Origin: Lama glama
Lineage: Eukaryota
DNA: 64,000 nt
Assembly: GCA_028534125.1 (NCBI GenBank)
Contig: CM052817.1
Location: 92,382,001-92,446,000 of the forward strand
Direction of reading: 5' to 3'
The translations under genes and the position numbers were made by a program. The notes beneath the pieces were generated by a model that ran no database searches, was not told the DNA's origin, and worked only from the letters and a program-made list of their open reading frames with translations. Shown one piece after another: positions 38,028 through 51,654 of the stretch (position 1 is the stretch's first letter; each line of letters starts with the position of its first letter).

Positions 38028-38243
38028 CAGTTGACTCCTGAACAATGTGGGACTTAGGGGCATTGACCCTCTGGGCAGTGGAAGGTAACTTCACAGATGG
38101 CCCTGTGTAGCCCCTGTTCCTCCCACAGGAGCAGACCAGAGGAATTTTAGATGTTGTCATACTGTAGCACATTATCTATTGGAAAAAATCCACATGTAAG
38201 CGGACCTGCACAGTTCAAACTCATGTTGTTCAAGGGTCAACTG
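38028..38243. mobile_element. Tigger2/MER8-like MITE
   Basis: TIRs CAGTTGACTCCTGAACAA / TTGTTCAAGGGTCAACTG with TA target duplication on both sides. Confidence 0.88.
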
Positions 38244-38937
38244 TATTTTACTTCCTCTACCATATTATGAACCCCTAGAAGAGAAAGAGCATGTCTTCCA
38301 CATTTTCGTATTTTCCCCACTGTCCATTTCAGGGTGATTTACAGGTCAGAGGTTTTGAGTGAAACAGAAGCCCATGGTCTAACTGAGCTATATTCACAAC
38401 CAACCACTTACATTCGCTACCTGCTTCCATTTGAGCCAACAATACGTACCATTCCATGACATCCAGTAGATAAAGAATGCAGGAGCATTTTCAAAGGCCT
38501 TCAGGCTTCCCTTTTGTGATTTGTTAGTTAAAATTAGTGTCACATTCAGCCATGGGAAGCAGAGAATGGCCAGGCTAAAGAGAAAGAGTTGCTACAATTA
38601 CAGGAAGGGGAAGAGTGTCCTGTGGGGGTATTACCAGTGCTACGGCCATTGAGGCCTCTTTAGTCAACCTCAGTCTCAACAGTGGTCTCACACTGCTATT
38701 AGCACAGAAAACAAACTTAGTAGGGACAGGTGATTCTGGTCTCATAGCTATGTAGGGTCCTGAAGGTGGAAACAATCCAAAAGACAATGACTCTTGATAA
38801 AATGCCAGTTGTCCTGGCCCCTGTTTTCTCTCTCAAGTTACTTGGGAGTGAGTCATCTGAACCCAGGGTGAGTGCTATCTGTTCAGCAATTCAGGAAAAT
38901 GACTGTCCCCTAAGAGACTTTAATGGGTTATCTATGA

Positions 38938-39120
38938 CAGTGTTCTTCTCAAACTTTAGCATGCACAAGAATCACCAGGAAGCCCGGTTAGACACAGATT
39001 GCTGGGCCTCAGAGTTTCTGACTCAGTAGGTTAAGGCTGAGATCCCAGAACTTGCATGTCTAACAAGTCCCAGATGGTATTGGTGCTGCTGGTCCAGGGA
39101 CCACACTTTGAGAACCACTG
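38938..39120. mobile_element. MER5A
   Basis: cagtgttcttctcaaact...ggaccacactttgagaaccactg. Confidence 0.88.
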
Positions 39121-39729
39121 CATATTAGCCTTCCATAGAGTCATAGGTTAGACCTAGAAAAACAGGTTGCCAAGTTAGTCCTCTCTGCCTAAACCATCCC
39201 AAGATACATATTTAATAAAGACCCCACCTCCTCTGCCTCCAGTGAGGATGATTCCATCATGTCTCTTGGACATTATATTCTAGAAGTTAACAATATTTAT
39301 AAAAATTTCTCTCTAATATCCCTTGAAGGTACAAAGACTAGCCCGATTCACGGAAAAAGGGCTATCGAGCTTCTAGGATTGTTCCCTAAATTGAGAGGCC
39401 CAACTGGAGGCAAGTGGAGGGTGTCCCTTCCAGCAGCTGAGCACGCGGTCCAACAACCAGGTGAACACAAACAGGAATACGGTACAGACAAGAAGCGGGC
39501 ATCAGATGGTCCAACATGGTTCAACGAGGACTTAAGTGGTCTTTCTCTTTTTAATTGCCCTTTCCTTGGGAAGAACCCTCCAGTTTTCCTTAGCAAACCT
39601 TCCATCTCTGCTTGCAGCTTCTCTCATGCAGAGTGGAGCTTCCGGGCCCCCCTCATAACTGTACTGTCTATATTGTCATCAAAATTGTCGTCAAATTAGC
39701 ACAAGGGATGTTGTGGAGCTCATGGGCCG

Positions 39730-40390
39730 GCTTTAAGAGGACTGGCAACTTTTGTGTGCTCCCTCTTAGATCCCAAATGCCATGCTCTAAGGAAGCCCAG
39801 GCCAGATTACCGAATGCTTAGAGGCTACATGGAGAGCGGCATCTTGGATGCTCCAGCGGAATGCATTTGTGTGGCGGACCCCAAGGGAAACCAGCAGAAC
39901 TGCCTGGCTGAAGCCAGCCAACCCCCGCATTATAAGAGAGAACAAATTATTGTTTTAAGCCACAAAATCAGGAATGGCTTGTGTTCCAGCAGTAGATAAC
40001 TGATCTGGGAAGCAACAGCTTCTCCTCTTAGTTTTTGTGAAAAGGGCTTACATGTAGCCCCATCATATTCATGACCCTGCACATGGAGATTAGTTCAGCA
40101 CTTGACTCATGCTGGTCAATGAGACTCAGTTATGAGACTTTCTAATCTAGGCCTAGAGTGTCTAGGGCCATCTTGCCAGTAGGAAGGGAGAGCATGCCTG
40201 AGAATAAAGCCAATGCAAAACTGAAAGCAGAGCTAAGAGGATTTCATTTGATTTTCTACCTGATTCAGTCATGCCTACATCTATGTTTATTTCCATTTTA
40301 GTTACATGAGCCAATTCATTTCTTTCACTAATTAATTAAGTTTGAGCTGGGATTCCTATCACCTGTAACTGAGTTTTGACTAATCCACAG
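39730..40390 (+). mobile_element. Two MLT1 (MaLR) LTR fragments
   Basis: 3' ends tgttttaagccac..agcagtagataactga and ttagttacatgagccaat..gactaat. Confidence 0.7.
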
Positions 40391-41185
40391 AGGCTAGCAG
40401 ATACATAGAGGACAGGAATAGGGAATCTAGAAATAAGAGACAACTTGGAGGTTCCAATAGGTGCAGCCAGCACCAGAAAATAACTACCAGGAAGGCTGGT
40501 ACCCTGAAATAAGATTCCCAGCCCCAGGATCGCTGGGTATGGGAATGCTGGCTGTCTCCTACAAGAGGGGCCCTGCCTGGGGGAGGGCTGAAATCAGCAC
40601 TCGCCCCAGGTGCACTTGGGTGCGGGACTGTGTCTGTTCAGAGCGAGGAAGCGTTTTATACTAATTCACACAAAAGCATCATGTAGGCTGGCTGAATATC
40701 ACCAGCCCTGGGAGCAGTGGGACAAGGACAAGGCATTGTCCTGCTCCCCATGAAAACTAGAAAGCAGCATAGGTGACTGCATAGGGTACCTAGAAAAGAA
40801 GCAGAAAATAACCACAGCTGCCTGGAGATAGTGTCAGATCCTTTCTGCGCTCCAGTCTGGCACAGCTGCCTCCCACTGGCAGCAGGTAATGAGAACGCAG
40901 CTGGCAAGGTGACTGTGGCAAGTAACAGACTTCTGGTTCTGATCACACCAAAGAGAATTTAGAAGGGCATATTAAGACTGTCAGCAGGTAAGAGTTTTAG
41001 AAAGTCCAGGAACAAGGCAAACTAAACAGCATATCATAAGGACATACATAAACTGATTTTTAAAACGATTCTAAGAAGCAGAGAAACAATAAATAGATAA
41101 TTCAGGAGAGTAGTAATATCAGCGAGATGGGGTAGGAAAGGAACCCACTGTTGGAAGCAAAGGCATTGGGTAATGTTCCAATTAC

Positions 41186-41780
41186 TGGCAGGTTGTCAGA
41201 ATAACCAATCACATGATTAGAGGGTTGGAACTTTCAGTCCCACCCCGCTCCCCACCAACCTCCAGCGATGGGAGAGAGTCTGGAGATTAAGTTCAGTCAC
41301 CAAGGGCCAATTACTTCATCAATCATGCCTATGCAATGAAGTCTCCATAAAAACCAAAAAGGACAGGGTTTGGAGAGCTTCCAGGCTGATGAATAGGTGG
41401 GGATTCCAGGAGAGTGGCGTGCCTAGCTCTGAGCCCTTTCCCCATGCCTTGCCCTATGCATCTCTTCCATCTGGCTGTTCCTGAGTTATATCCTTTGAAT
41501 AAACTGGTAATCAAGTAAATAAAATGTTTCTCTGAGTTCTGTGAGCTGCTCTAGCAAATTAATCAAATCCAAGGAGGGGGTCGTTGCAACCTCTAATCTA
41601 TGCTAGTGAGTGACAACCTGGACTCGTGATTGGTGTCTGAAATATCTGTGTATGTGGGGGTGGGGGCTGTCAGTCTTGGAGCTCTTAACTTGTAGGATCT
41701 GACACTACCTCCAGGTAGATAGTGTCAGAATTGAGTTAACTTAGAGGTCACCCAGCTGGCGTCTGAGAATTGCTTGGTGA
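41186..41780 (+). mobile_element. MER21-like LTR
   Basis: tgattagagggttggaactttcag; aatcatgcctatgcaatgaagtctccataaaa; ctccaggtagatagtgtcagaattgag. Confidence 0.8.
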
Positions 41781-43110
41781 AATTGATGGCCAGAACCATA
41801 TGGATCTCCAGCACCCAAAAAACTTTAGAACTGTTCCCACTTTACTACTCCTTATATTTGGACAAAACACACAGTTACCTAACTGATCTAGCCAGCCGTT
41901 CATATCTTTACACTATATTTTCAATAGTTTTTCAATGACCAATTTTAGTATCAGTTGAACAACTACTTTACAGAGAGCATGTTGGGATTTAGGGGGCCCA
42001 TTTCCACATACTGGGATGTAGAATGCACACTTGGGTCCAGACAGATGGATGATTGGGAACCAAATAGCCCTTGACAGTGTTTGAGTTTTAGCCCAATGTA
42101 GAATAAATATCAAACTCATTTCAATCCTTTAGGGGCTTCAGATAGTAATCCTATGTAGTTCACTGGCTTATATGCTTGGATCTCTGTTCCCAAGAGAGTT
42201 TTCCAAATGCCACCTTCAAATGGCTACTTTTTTGTTGTTTTTGTTAGCACTCAACAGTCTCTTACCATGTTCGTGTCTGAGGTAAGAGACAAGTGGAATA
42301 TGTCATTATTCTACCCAGTGTAACGTGATGTTGGCACCACTGTACCCGCGTAAGTCATCCAGGTGGCTACTTCCAGGGAGCGGCAGGGCATCGTCTTGGC
42401 ATTCCATTACCCTTCTTGAACCAGCTCAGTCCTCAGAGAGGCCATCTTTGTGACCTACTATGTTCCTCCGTTGGAAGTCCCACAAGGGTTTCAACAGCTG
42501 TATCCCCTATACTGGGAGCATTTTTATCTCTCACTCACCATGGTTTCCCTGTTGATTGCTGCCCATGACTCTTTAAATGTCCAAGCATGGCCCTGAAGCA
42601 AAGAACTAAAATCTCCCCTCACTGTCTTGTGCACTGCTGTCAACTCTGCCCATTGCTTGAACTTACCTTTACATTATTTGACTGGGTTTTTACTGTTCAT
42701 CTAGCAAAGAGTAGCTGACTTTTATATTGAAGTTCTACTATACAGGACCTCTCATGGGTAAACCAAGAAACTCATTACATTTTAGTGGAAAGAGTCATGA
42801 GGTTTAGACAACAGAAGTGAACCGTGAAATGGTTGGAAAGCAGAGGTGCTACCTGCTCACGTGTTCTAACTCCTCAGGACACCTCTCTTGAAACGAATTC
42901 CGTTTTATTTGAGAATTTTGTTGTGCAGCTTCCTCTTTACCGCAACCTCTTTCTGATATCACTCATATCATATCCTAGGTGGTTCAGATCTTAGAATAAT
43001 TTGCCGCTCTGAGGTTACGGGGACTGTTTTTGTCAGAGCCCAACAGCGTACTGGCAAACGGGCTCTCTAGCGCCATCGTTAGGAACGTTTTGAGTCCAAA
43101 AATCCCAGTG

Positions 43111-43130
43111 GTCGCCACGAGGTGGCAGTG
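43111..43130 (+). promoter_or_regulatory. Candidate CTCF site
   Basis: GTCGCCACGAGGTGGCAGTG closely matches the CCASYAGRKGGCRS core and lies in a locally CpG-retaining patch. Confidence 0.6.
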
Positions 43131-43703
43131 TTATACTTCATTCAAAGCCTTCAATTTGGACAGACTGTGGTGTCTGAAACTTCTAAAATTATCTGTGAAT
43201 GTATTAGAATCGTAAGGTCTCAGCGGCATCCTTGGGCTACTACTCATTATATATTTTTCAGGAATATTCATTGCCAAATATTCCTTCAAGGTGTTGCCCC
43301 TTTTTATTGGCAGGGTCCTGGAGAGAGAGTAATTTATTATTTACTATGTACAGAATACTTCTCCTGGCCCAAAGTTATCTTTAGAAATTTCACTAATTTT
43401 GCTAAGCTTTCAATCTTAACTGGATTGATTAACCATTCGGCTAGTTATACGTGCCATGACAGCTCTCAAATAACCTGAATTTCTCCTTATAAGAGGAGAA
43501 TGAACATAATATAATCAATATAATGAATTAACTTAATTTTAATGGTGATCATGTCTAAATCCAGTCTCACCAAATTGTAGCAGTGAGTTGGACAGGTCAG
43601 ATGTCCTTGGAGAAGGACCATAAACATATATTACATTCCTTCTCATGTCCAAGCAAACTGCGCTTGACCTCTCTGAGAGTGAGATCAAAATGATAGCCTA
43701 GCC

Positions 43704-43972
43704 AAAAGGAAACCCTCCTACACTGTTGGATAAGAATGTAAACTGGTGCAGCCACTATGGAAAACAGTCTGGAGGTTCCTTAAAAATCTGAAAATAGAGT
43801 TACCATACTATCCAACAATCCCACTCCTGGGCGTATATCTGGACAAGATGAAAACTCTAATTTGAAAAGATAAATGCACCCCAATGTTCATAGCAACATT
43901 ATTTATAATAGCCAAGATGTGGAAGCAACCTAAATGTGACGAATGGTTAAAGAAGATGTGATATACATACAA

Positions 43973-44019
<47 letters not shown>

Positions 44020-44432
44020 TTACTCAGCCGTAAAAAAGAATGAAATAATGCCATTTGCAACAACATGGAGGGACCTAGAGATTATCACACTAAGTGAAGT
44101 AAGTCAGACAAATATTACATATCACTTATATTTGAAATCTAAAAAATAGTACAAATGAACTTATTTACAAAACAGAAACAGACTCACAAACATAGAAAAC
44201 AAACTTATGGTTACCACAGGGGGAAGGGGATGGGGAGGGATAAATTAGGAGTATGGAATTAACAGATACACATCACTATATGTAAAATGGATAAACAACT
44301 GCATAGCACATGAGATTGTATTCAAACTGTATCTTGTAATAACCCATAATGGAAAAGAATCTGAAGCCATACACCTGAAACCAACATAACATTGTAAATC
44401 AACTATAGTTAAGTAAACTTAAAAGAAGAAAA
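43704..44432 (+). mobile_element. 5'-truncated L1 3' end with internal (TA)n(CA)n microsatellite
   Basis: ORF2 C-terminal and 3'UTR text; imperfect TSD atagcctagcc / atagcataacc. Confidence 0.9.
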
Positions 44433-46899
44433 TAGCATAACCGCATCTATCACAAACAAATCCCAGTCACAGTCAGCTTGTTGAACCTCTTAAACAGTTT
44501 TTACAATGCTTGGCACAACAGACACGAATTTAAATCATGGGAACTACCTTGTTTAAATCATGATAGTGAGCAGTTACTTCCAAGGATCTTTTCTCCTGGT
44601 CCACAGAGGATTAACAGGAGGTGGAGATTGGCACTCCTGATCCCATTGTTTCCTAGTGAGAGAGGAAATTTCCTGTGTCCTTCCTGAATCTGACACTGCC
44701 TGATATGTACTACAAAGGAAGGCTCAAGCAATCCTCAGGGCTCCCATTTTGCAAGTCCAACTGAAAGTACATGAAGAACAAGCTTCTCTGTCTCTTAAAA
44801 GCATTTGGCTTTAAGCTGGTAGTGACAAAGACCTTCACCACATCCATTCTAATATATTTATCCACTCACATATTCCAGTAAAGGCAAGAACAGGATGGAT
44901 AGTTCTTTATTTCTCCATCTTCAGCTTCACAGTGACTCTGGTGCTACCTACCATACCATTTTCATTTGCCCTGAACTTCAATCCTCATACCTAAATATTG
45001 CACTTCCATTTCTCTGATGATGTTATGGTACATTTTGCATCACCGTTAGTAATCCCTCACGGGTTTTACACTATCCTTTGCCACTCGACATTAACTATAT
45101 CCTACAATCTTGGACCTCCTACCAGGGGTCAACTGAAGATTTCTTGACCCTCAAGTTAATCGTCCTTTTCCCCTACAACCTTAATAGGTGTATTAAAATA
45201 ACTACCTGTGCTACACCTTATTTCCCCATTTATCTTCAGCATCCTTGACTCTAAACTCATCCAGGCTGGGATAATTGGAACAGATCTGATAGGTTAACTT
45301 AGGTGAGGTGGACGTGGGAGCTAGAGTAGGTTTCCCTGCTCCCAGCTATTGTTACTGTGCCACAAACCCTCTGTAGGAAGCCTGTCAAATTTCCTGCTTT
45401 TTTATTACCTCTCATCCCCCTGTTTTTTTTTTAAATCATATAAACTGTTCTGCCTGATTCAGTATTTATTACCTTTGGTCTGGTTACTGTCTTCACCCCA
45501 GCACATCAGTTTAATTCTGCATAACTGAAAGTTCCTCTTCACTGGTAATGCCCATTACTAGTAGCTGTGAGAACAAACATGCCTTGGCATTCTGTGTATT
45601 TCCTTGTTCTTCCATTGAAAGAAGTATATGCGGAGTCCTTACACGAGGGGTTCCCTGTAATCACAGTATCCAACATAGTTTCAGGGAAGTGCAACATGGG
45701 TCATCATAAAACCAATTGGATTGTCACTGTCCTTAATATTTTCAGTGCTTCCACAGAGGTAATTCATTTCACTGTTCGCGAAAGGAGTGTACAGTTTTCC
45801 TTCTCAGTGTAACTTTGCTGTATTCCAAACTTCACACAGTCCAAATGAGGGCATTGATATTTTATTTGGGTCCTCTATGGATCAAATGCTGAACACTGTA
45901 ACAAATTGTTGATTAACAGTCATACCAAACAACTGTTTCCATTAAGTAGTTTCTAAAATCAACAGTGCCTTGGGTGTTTAGTTAGGGAATTCAAGAAAGC
46001 AGAGACTTCTTAGTGCTACTCAAAAATATAACCAAACTCCATTACACCATAGCCTTTGTTTTCCATATAGGTATACCTGATAAGGCTTGGTCAAAGCACA
46101 CAAGTTAGTTCAGAGACCTAAGTAGATCCCACCCTCTCCTTGAAGCCAGAATCCTAGTCTTAGATTTAAGTACCATTGAGCCAGCCACATGGAAGAAGAA
46201 AGCCAAATAGAATGAAAGAGAAGGCCAGCCTTCCCTGAGGGACAGGATAGGTTTAACACATCTGCTAGTTACATGCAAATGAATTAATGGAACAGAGAAG
46301 AGGAAGTCATATGCACATGACATTTTAATGTACACTGATCCTGCTTCAAATAAATACAGTTCAATCAACTTCTCAGGTTCTGACCAAACAGGTGAGCACT
46401 CTCTTCTTTTGGAGAAAAACATGAATAGAAGTGAGCCAACAGGCAGCATGGCAACAAGGAGAAGAGTTCCTCTCTGTACCCCCTGCTCTCAGTATTGCAC
46501 ACTGAAAAGCTAAAAAGGTTCTATAATCGTACTACGAAAAAATCACCTCACTGTTATATGAAGGTCTTGTGTAATAATGGCGAGACCTCTGAAATAGAAG
46601 TTCATTTCTACTTCTTAATTTGCCAAATTGGCTGTGTACTTTGCCTTTCAGAATCTTTTTATGTATAATAAAAATATTTGATGAGATGATCTTTAAGTTC
46701 CTTCCAAAATCTAAGATTCTATGTTTTATTATTATAGTGTATGTCCAGATTTCATGTCCGTGGAGGTATAAAAAAAGGAACAAATACTGGTTGCTTTTGA
46801 GCATGGAGGCTGAAGGACCAGGAATTGTGTGTGGGTGGGTAGAAGCTATTTTTCAGTGTAAGTTGTCCTTTGTGCTTACATTCTACTCTCCTCTTGGTC

Positions 46900-47240
46900 T
46901 TTCTCCTTCAGCCACACTGTCCTTCTTGCTATTCCTCCAACTTATGAAGTATGCTCCTGATTCAAGGCCTTTGCACTTGCCATTCTAGTGTCTGGAATAC
47001 TCTTCCTCCGGATACGCTTATGGTTCACTCCCTTACTTCCATTCAGGACACTGCTCAGATGTCACCTTACCACGGAGACTCCCCAGACTACGCTAGGTAA
47101 AAACTCTCCCTCCCTCCCTTATATCCCTTACTTTAGCACCATCTGACATACTAAATATTTGTGTTTATTTAGTGTATGATTCCTTTGGAATGCTGCCTGG
47201 TGCATACCAGGCAATCAGCATATACTTGAGTTAATGAATG
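46900..47240 (+). mobile_element. L2 3' end
   Basis: ggcctttgcacttgcc..ctgctcagatgtcacct..tgcctggtgcata..aatgaatg. Confidence 0.78.
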
Positions 47241-47549
47241 TACTGTTTGAGGTTGAATTTTTTTTAAATCACGCGCATTAATTACTTTTTCAAGAATGAT
47301 AACTAGTTAAGGAATAAATGTTCAATGAATTAACTATTAGATATTTATTATTATGGGACAAAGTCCAAACTTCTCTACTCAACATACAGGGCTCACCTTA
47401 TGTGCCACGTAGTAGCCACGGGCAAGTCATTCAACATGAATTCCGTGTCCTTACGTATAGTCGGACTGGTACTAATTCTCTCACAGAATGAAGATCAAAT
47501 GTAGGTGGAAAAACTTCTGTAACTCAGGCGCTGTGAAAACTACACAAAG

Positions 47550-48400
47550 CACCCCGCCGCTTCTCCGGTGCTTGGAGTCTCGAAGCAGTACACGGTTTCA
47601 ACTTGCGCAAACCACCCAAACTTTAAGTCCAGAAAAGTCTACAGAGCCGCTCTGCCGAAGACCAACCTTTGGCGCCGGGCGTGCCTCCAGGCAGCCGTTG
47701 CCAGGGCAATCGTCGGCGTCCCTAGAATCCGAGCACGCGCGTAGCGGCAACGCAGCTGGACATCCTTTCAGAGCTAGCGATTGGTGGGGCTCGGGCCAAT
47801 CGGAGACGCCGGGGGAGCGGGGTGGGGCGGACCGTGTCCCCGGGTAGGCGTTCCCGCCGTCTCACTCCCCGACTTCCGGGTCGCGGTGATTGCAGGGAAC
47901 GCGCGGCGAGTAGCGTCGTTTCCGTTGCCGGCGGTTTGCAGTTGGGGGAAACTGAGGCAGCTCCCGCTTTTCCCCCTAGTTCTTCCGCTCCCGTGAGGTG
48001 GCTGCTGTTTCTTTTCCTTTCGCCCCGCGCTGCTTGGGTGCTGCTACGCTGAGGGCGCTCAGCCCCACCGTGTCCTGCGAAAGTCCGCGGGGCGCCCGGG
48101 CCGGCGGGGCTTTGTGCGAGCAGTTCCCTCCCACTCGCGGCCGGGTGCGAGCTTGGAAGAAGGGTTCGGCGGGAGGCTCGGAAGGGGGGCTCGGCGCAGC
48201 GACTCCCCAAGGGCTGGGGAGCTCAGGCGCCGCGAGGGTTGCGTTCCCTCCGCTTGGCAGTCCGGCTTCTTTTGTCCTGATGAGCGCGGACCAGTTGGAT
48301 TCATGTTAAAGTCACAGCCTGTCTCTGATTGCACTGATTCTGCACTGACCTGCGGGGATTTCGAGTTTGACAGTCCGTAGGAGAGATGACGTATCTATGG
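47550..48400 (+). promoter_or_regulatory. CpG-island promoter of ELMOD2, including the non-coding first exon (limits uncertain; candidate donors near 47993 or 47998)
   Basis: Dense CpG. ATTGG 47780-47784, CCAAT 47796-47800, GC box 47824-47830, E2F-like TTCCCGCC 47851-47858, ETS ACTTCCGG 47872-47879. Confidence 0.85.
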
Positions 48401-49141
48401 GAATGTTTAAAAGGCAGGAAGGAGATGGTCGTTTTTGTTTGTTTTTAAGTAACTCCTCCTGACTTGGATTTCCCCGACCCCGCTTCATTTAGGAGCTGAA
48501 GATTTTTCTTATGGCATAAAGATTTAGTTTTATAGAGGGTGTAGTTTTGTTTATTACTCTTCTTAGCATTTCTGCCTTTCCCCTGTTGAATGGAAAATCA
48601 GCAATTAGCCAGCGTGTAATCTACTCCGTGTTCAACTTGCGTACTTCGACCTGTAAGCCGTATGTAGTGTTCTTAATTGCTGGGATCACCTGGCCGTGGG
48701 ACAGATACAACTGGAATTATCCAGAGGGGTTATGAAGACTTACTCCTTTTACAAACAATTCTTAGATATCGTCTATTTGGTTTAATTGTTGCTTAGTTGG
48801 GGTCCTTTTGTTCTTGAGCCCCATTCTCAGAGAATGAGACATTAAGATAGAGAACTGAGAGCTTGAATTAACTAGTTTGACTTTTACAGATAAATTGTTT
48901 AAAAGTGATAAATTGACCATTTGACCAGCCATCATTTAATTAACCTAAGTAGCATATATTACACCTATCGTTTCCTTAGATGGCTTAACACTACTACAAA
49001 ATAGACACGATGGACTGATATGATAGATATTAATATAATTTGGGGATTTAATGAGTTGGATAAACTGTAACTTTTCCTTTTTTAAAAATCCAATATAAGG
49101 TCATTAAACCTGTCATATATTTCCTTCTCCAGGAAAAAAAA

Positions 49142-49283
49142 ATGTTTATTTCTTTGTGGGAGTTCTTCTATGGGCACTTTTTTCGATTTTGGATGAAATG
49201 GCTCTTACGACAGATGACTGGAAAATGTGAATTGCAGCGAATTTTTGATACCTATGTAGGTGCACAAAGGACACACAGGATAG
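49142..49283 (+). CDS. ELMOD2: ELMOD2 first coding exon (exon starts 49133; 142 coding nt): MFISLWEFFYGHFFRFWMKWLLRQMTGKCELQRIFDTYVGAQRTHRI
   Basis: Matches the recalled ELMOD2 N-terminus. Acceptor ttccttctccag, donor G|GTAATG. Confidence 0.97.
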
Positions 49284-49751
49284 GTAATGTTTTTCAAAAA
49301 ATAATTAAAAAAATAAAAATTTAACTCTGAATGAATATTTTTTTCTCAGTGCTGATAGTGACAGATATACTTGTGTATCATGAGCAAGGCACTTAATCTC
49401 AGTTTCATGATGTTTGAAATCTAGCTTTGAATCCTTCCAGCTCTAAAACTGGTTATATAAAAGAAGCGAATTATTATTTGATTATTCATCCATGCAAAGC
49501 ATTATCTTTTCTGGCTCCTGAAATTCATCAGTTGTACCTTAGATTATAGTTGCAGCCTACTTTCTAGAAAAAATCTCTGCGCTTTATATAAGCCTTTTGA
49601 AATTTTCACTCAAGTGAGGGGGAAGAGAGTATTTGGATCTAGATCCATTTTTATATTCATCTTTCATTAGAGAGTCTTGTAATCTCATCTAATTCATAAA
49701 AGAACAATAGTAGATATCTAGTGATCCCTGGGAAAGATGATTAAGCTCAAA

Positions 49752-50056
49752 ATCTGCTGTGTCCTGTACTATAGCCAGTAGCCACACTGAAATGTGATTA
49801 ATATGAATTGAGATGTGCAGAAGTGTAAGATATACGCTGGATTTCAATGGCTTTATATGAAAAAAGAATGTAAAAGTATCTCAATAATTACTTATATTCA
49901 TTGTATACTGAAATAATATTTGGATATATAGGGCTAAAATGTATTAACATTAATTTTATCTGTTTCTTTTACTCTAACATGGCTACTAGAAAATTTTAGA
50001 GTATATATGTGATTCACATTTGGCTTGTATTATATTTCTGTTGAACGGTACTGCTC
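49752..50056. mobile_element. MER33/MER3-like hAT element
   Basis: gaattgagatgtgcagaagtgtaagatatac..atggctactagaaaatttta. Confidence 0.75.
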
Positions 50057-51188
50057 CAGTACCTTCTAAACTATCGGCTTTTAATGCTTGATAGAAAATA
50101 TTGCTTTAAATTTGAAAACAGTGCTGTAAATTAGAACACAGATGAGTGAGAAGTAGGATGGAGGTCATTTTCCCTTTGGCCAGAGTCAGGAATCCCAGGG
50201 ATCAGTTCATGTTCATGCTCACTGTGTTAAATGAAAAATCATGACTCAACCAGAGCCTCTTTTGTGTTGAATAAGTGTGCTTCAACTAAGAGATCCAGCC
50301 CTGTAAGATCTGAGGATTGGGTGTTGGTATCCAAGACGACAGGAGACAAATGACAGACGTAAAGAGGGAGTAAGCCTCAGGGCAGCTGGATGATTGAAGT
50401 TTAATTCCTTCCCTAGGTTTTTCACAACTTTGTGGCTGACTGAAATTATCGCCTCCTCTTGCCCTTTTGACTGCTCTGAGAAGAACAGAGTACCTCTTGA
50501 TAAGAAATCTTAGCAACATCGGTTAGTGTTTTATAGCATGGGGGAAGAACATATTAAGGCTTTATTTTGTGGCAAGAGCATTTTTTCTTGAATTTCTCGA
50601 ATTGCTGAGAAAAGGAGACTGTTTACTATTTGCCAGAAAAATTTGTAAATAGACCAGTAAAAACTATTCTTGTTATTCTTGAAGCAGAAAACAAGAACAG
50701 AAAAGCTATTTTGCTCTTTGATTAGAGGATGATTGTCCAAATAATTTAAAGTCTTCATTTTTGTCCCTTTATTGTTGTGTGCTTCATTTGCTAGCTCCTT
50801 AAATATAAATGCTTACTTTCTAAGGCTAACACGTGAATAAAATGTAATATAGAGCACTCTCACTGTTCTTAAGATGAGTTTCTGGAACCCAAGCTATTCT
50901 GAGGCAGCCATGTTGGTAGACACTTTGGAGTCTGCACAGAAACATGATTCTGGGGAAATTAGGTTGGTCTCACCTCTTTGGCTCTGGTATGTTGTGTAGG
51001 GCTGAAGATTTTGGAATTATACTAATACTGTAAGGATAAAATTGTAAACTGTTTTCTATGTTATTCATGTAGAAATTATGTCTTCTAGAACTTAATTTAC
51101 TACTAGCTTGATATTTATACTATTTGTTTATGGAGTAAATCACAAATAGCATTTAAGTAATAATATTCTTTTTCCTTTTTCATTTCAG

Positions 51189-51217
51189 AAAATTCCTTGA
51201 CATGCTCCAAGAATAAG
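51189..51217 (+). CDS. ELMOD2: ELMOD2 exon 3 (29 nt): ENSLTCSKNK
   Basis: Long pyrimidine tract plus tttcag, donor AAG|GTAGGA, restores frame (142+29=171). Confidence 0.93.
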
Positions 51218-51654
51218 GTAGGATCATATCAAGGTAACAATTCTAGAAAATTTAACTTGAAGATACATTTTCTTTAAAAGAATGCCTCACTTTTAGAATT
51301 AATTATTTTAAATGTCCTGCTAGAAGAGTCTTTGCTATAAAGAGTATTGAATGAAACCTTCACACTTTAGAAGTAATATTCTATGTTTAAAACGTTTTTC
51401 TCTCTGTATGTGTGTGTGCATGTGTGCTACTCCTGCACAAAGAAAGTATTTGAATAATTTGTCCTATTCTGAAGTTTTGCTTGTTTTTTGACTTCAAAAC
51501 TTGATAGCTTTTGGGAAAGCAGGGTCTTGGGAAAACCTTCTTATGGACTGTGTCCTTAGGGTAGGTTCTTGTGTGAGAGAAAAGCAATGAATTTTGGATA
51601 ATTATAGAAAACCCTGGGTCATGTTCCTTTTAATCCAAAATAAATTATACCTCA

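Larger units (their letters stand above)
41900..45900 (-). mobile_element. Highly decayed ERVL-class provirus internal region (gag-pro-pol remnants)
   Basis: Minus-strand remnants: RNase H QWAELTAVH (about 42630-42660) and ESWAAIN (about 42550-42575), integrase VNYIGLL (about 42140-42165), protease-like GLL..DAKCTI (about 45020-45055). Confidence 0.6.

Noticed and set aside
39259..39699. 146-aa ORF, and a minus-strand hydrophobic stretch LLVCTVFLFVFTWLL
   Set aside because: No recognisable homology or splice context; the hydrophobic frame has a stop just upstream
47488..48380. Cluster of overlapping ORFs
   Set aside because: Expected stop-codon depletion in a GC-rich CpG island
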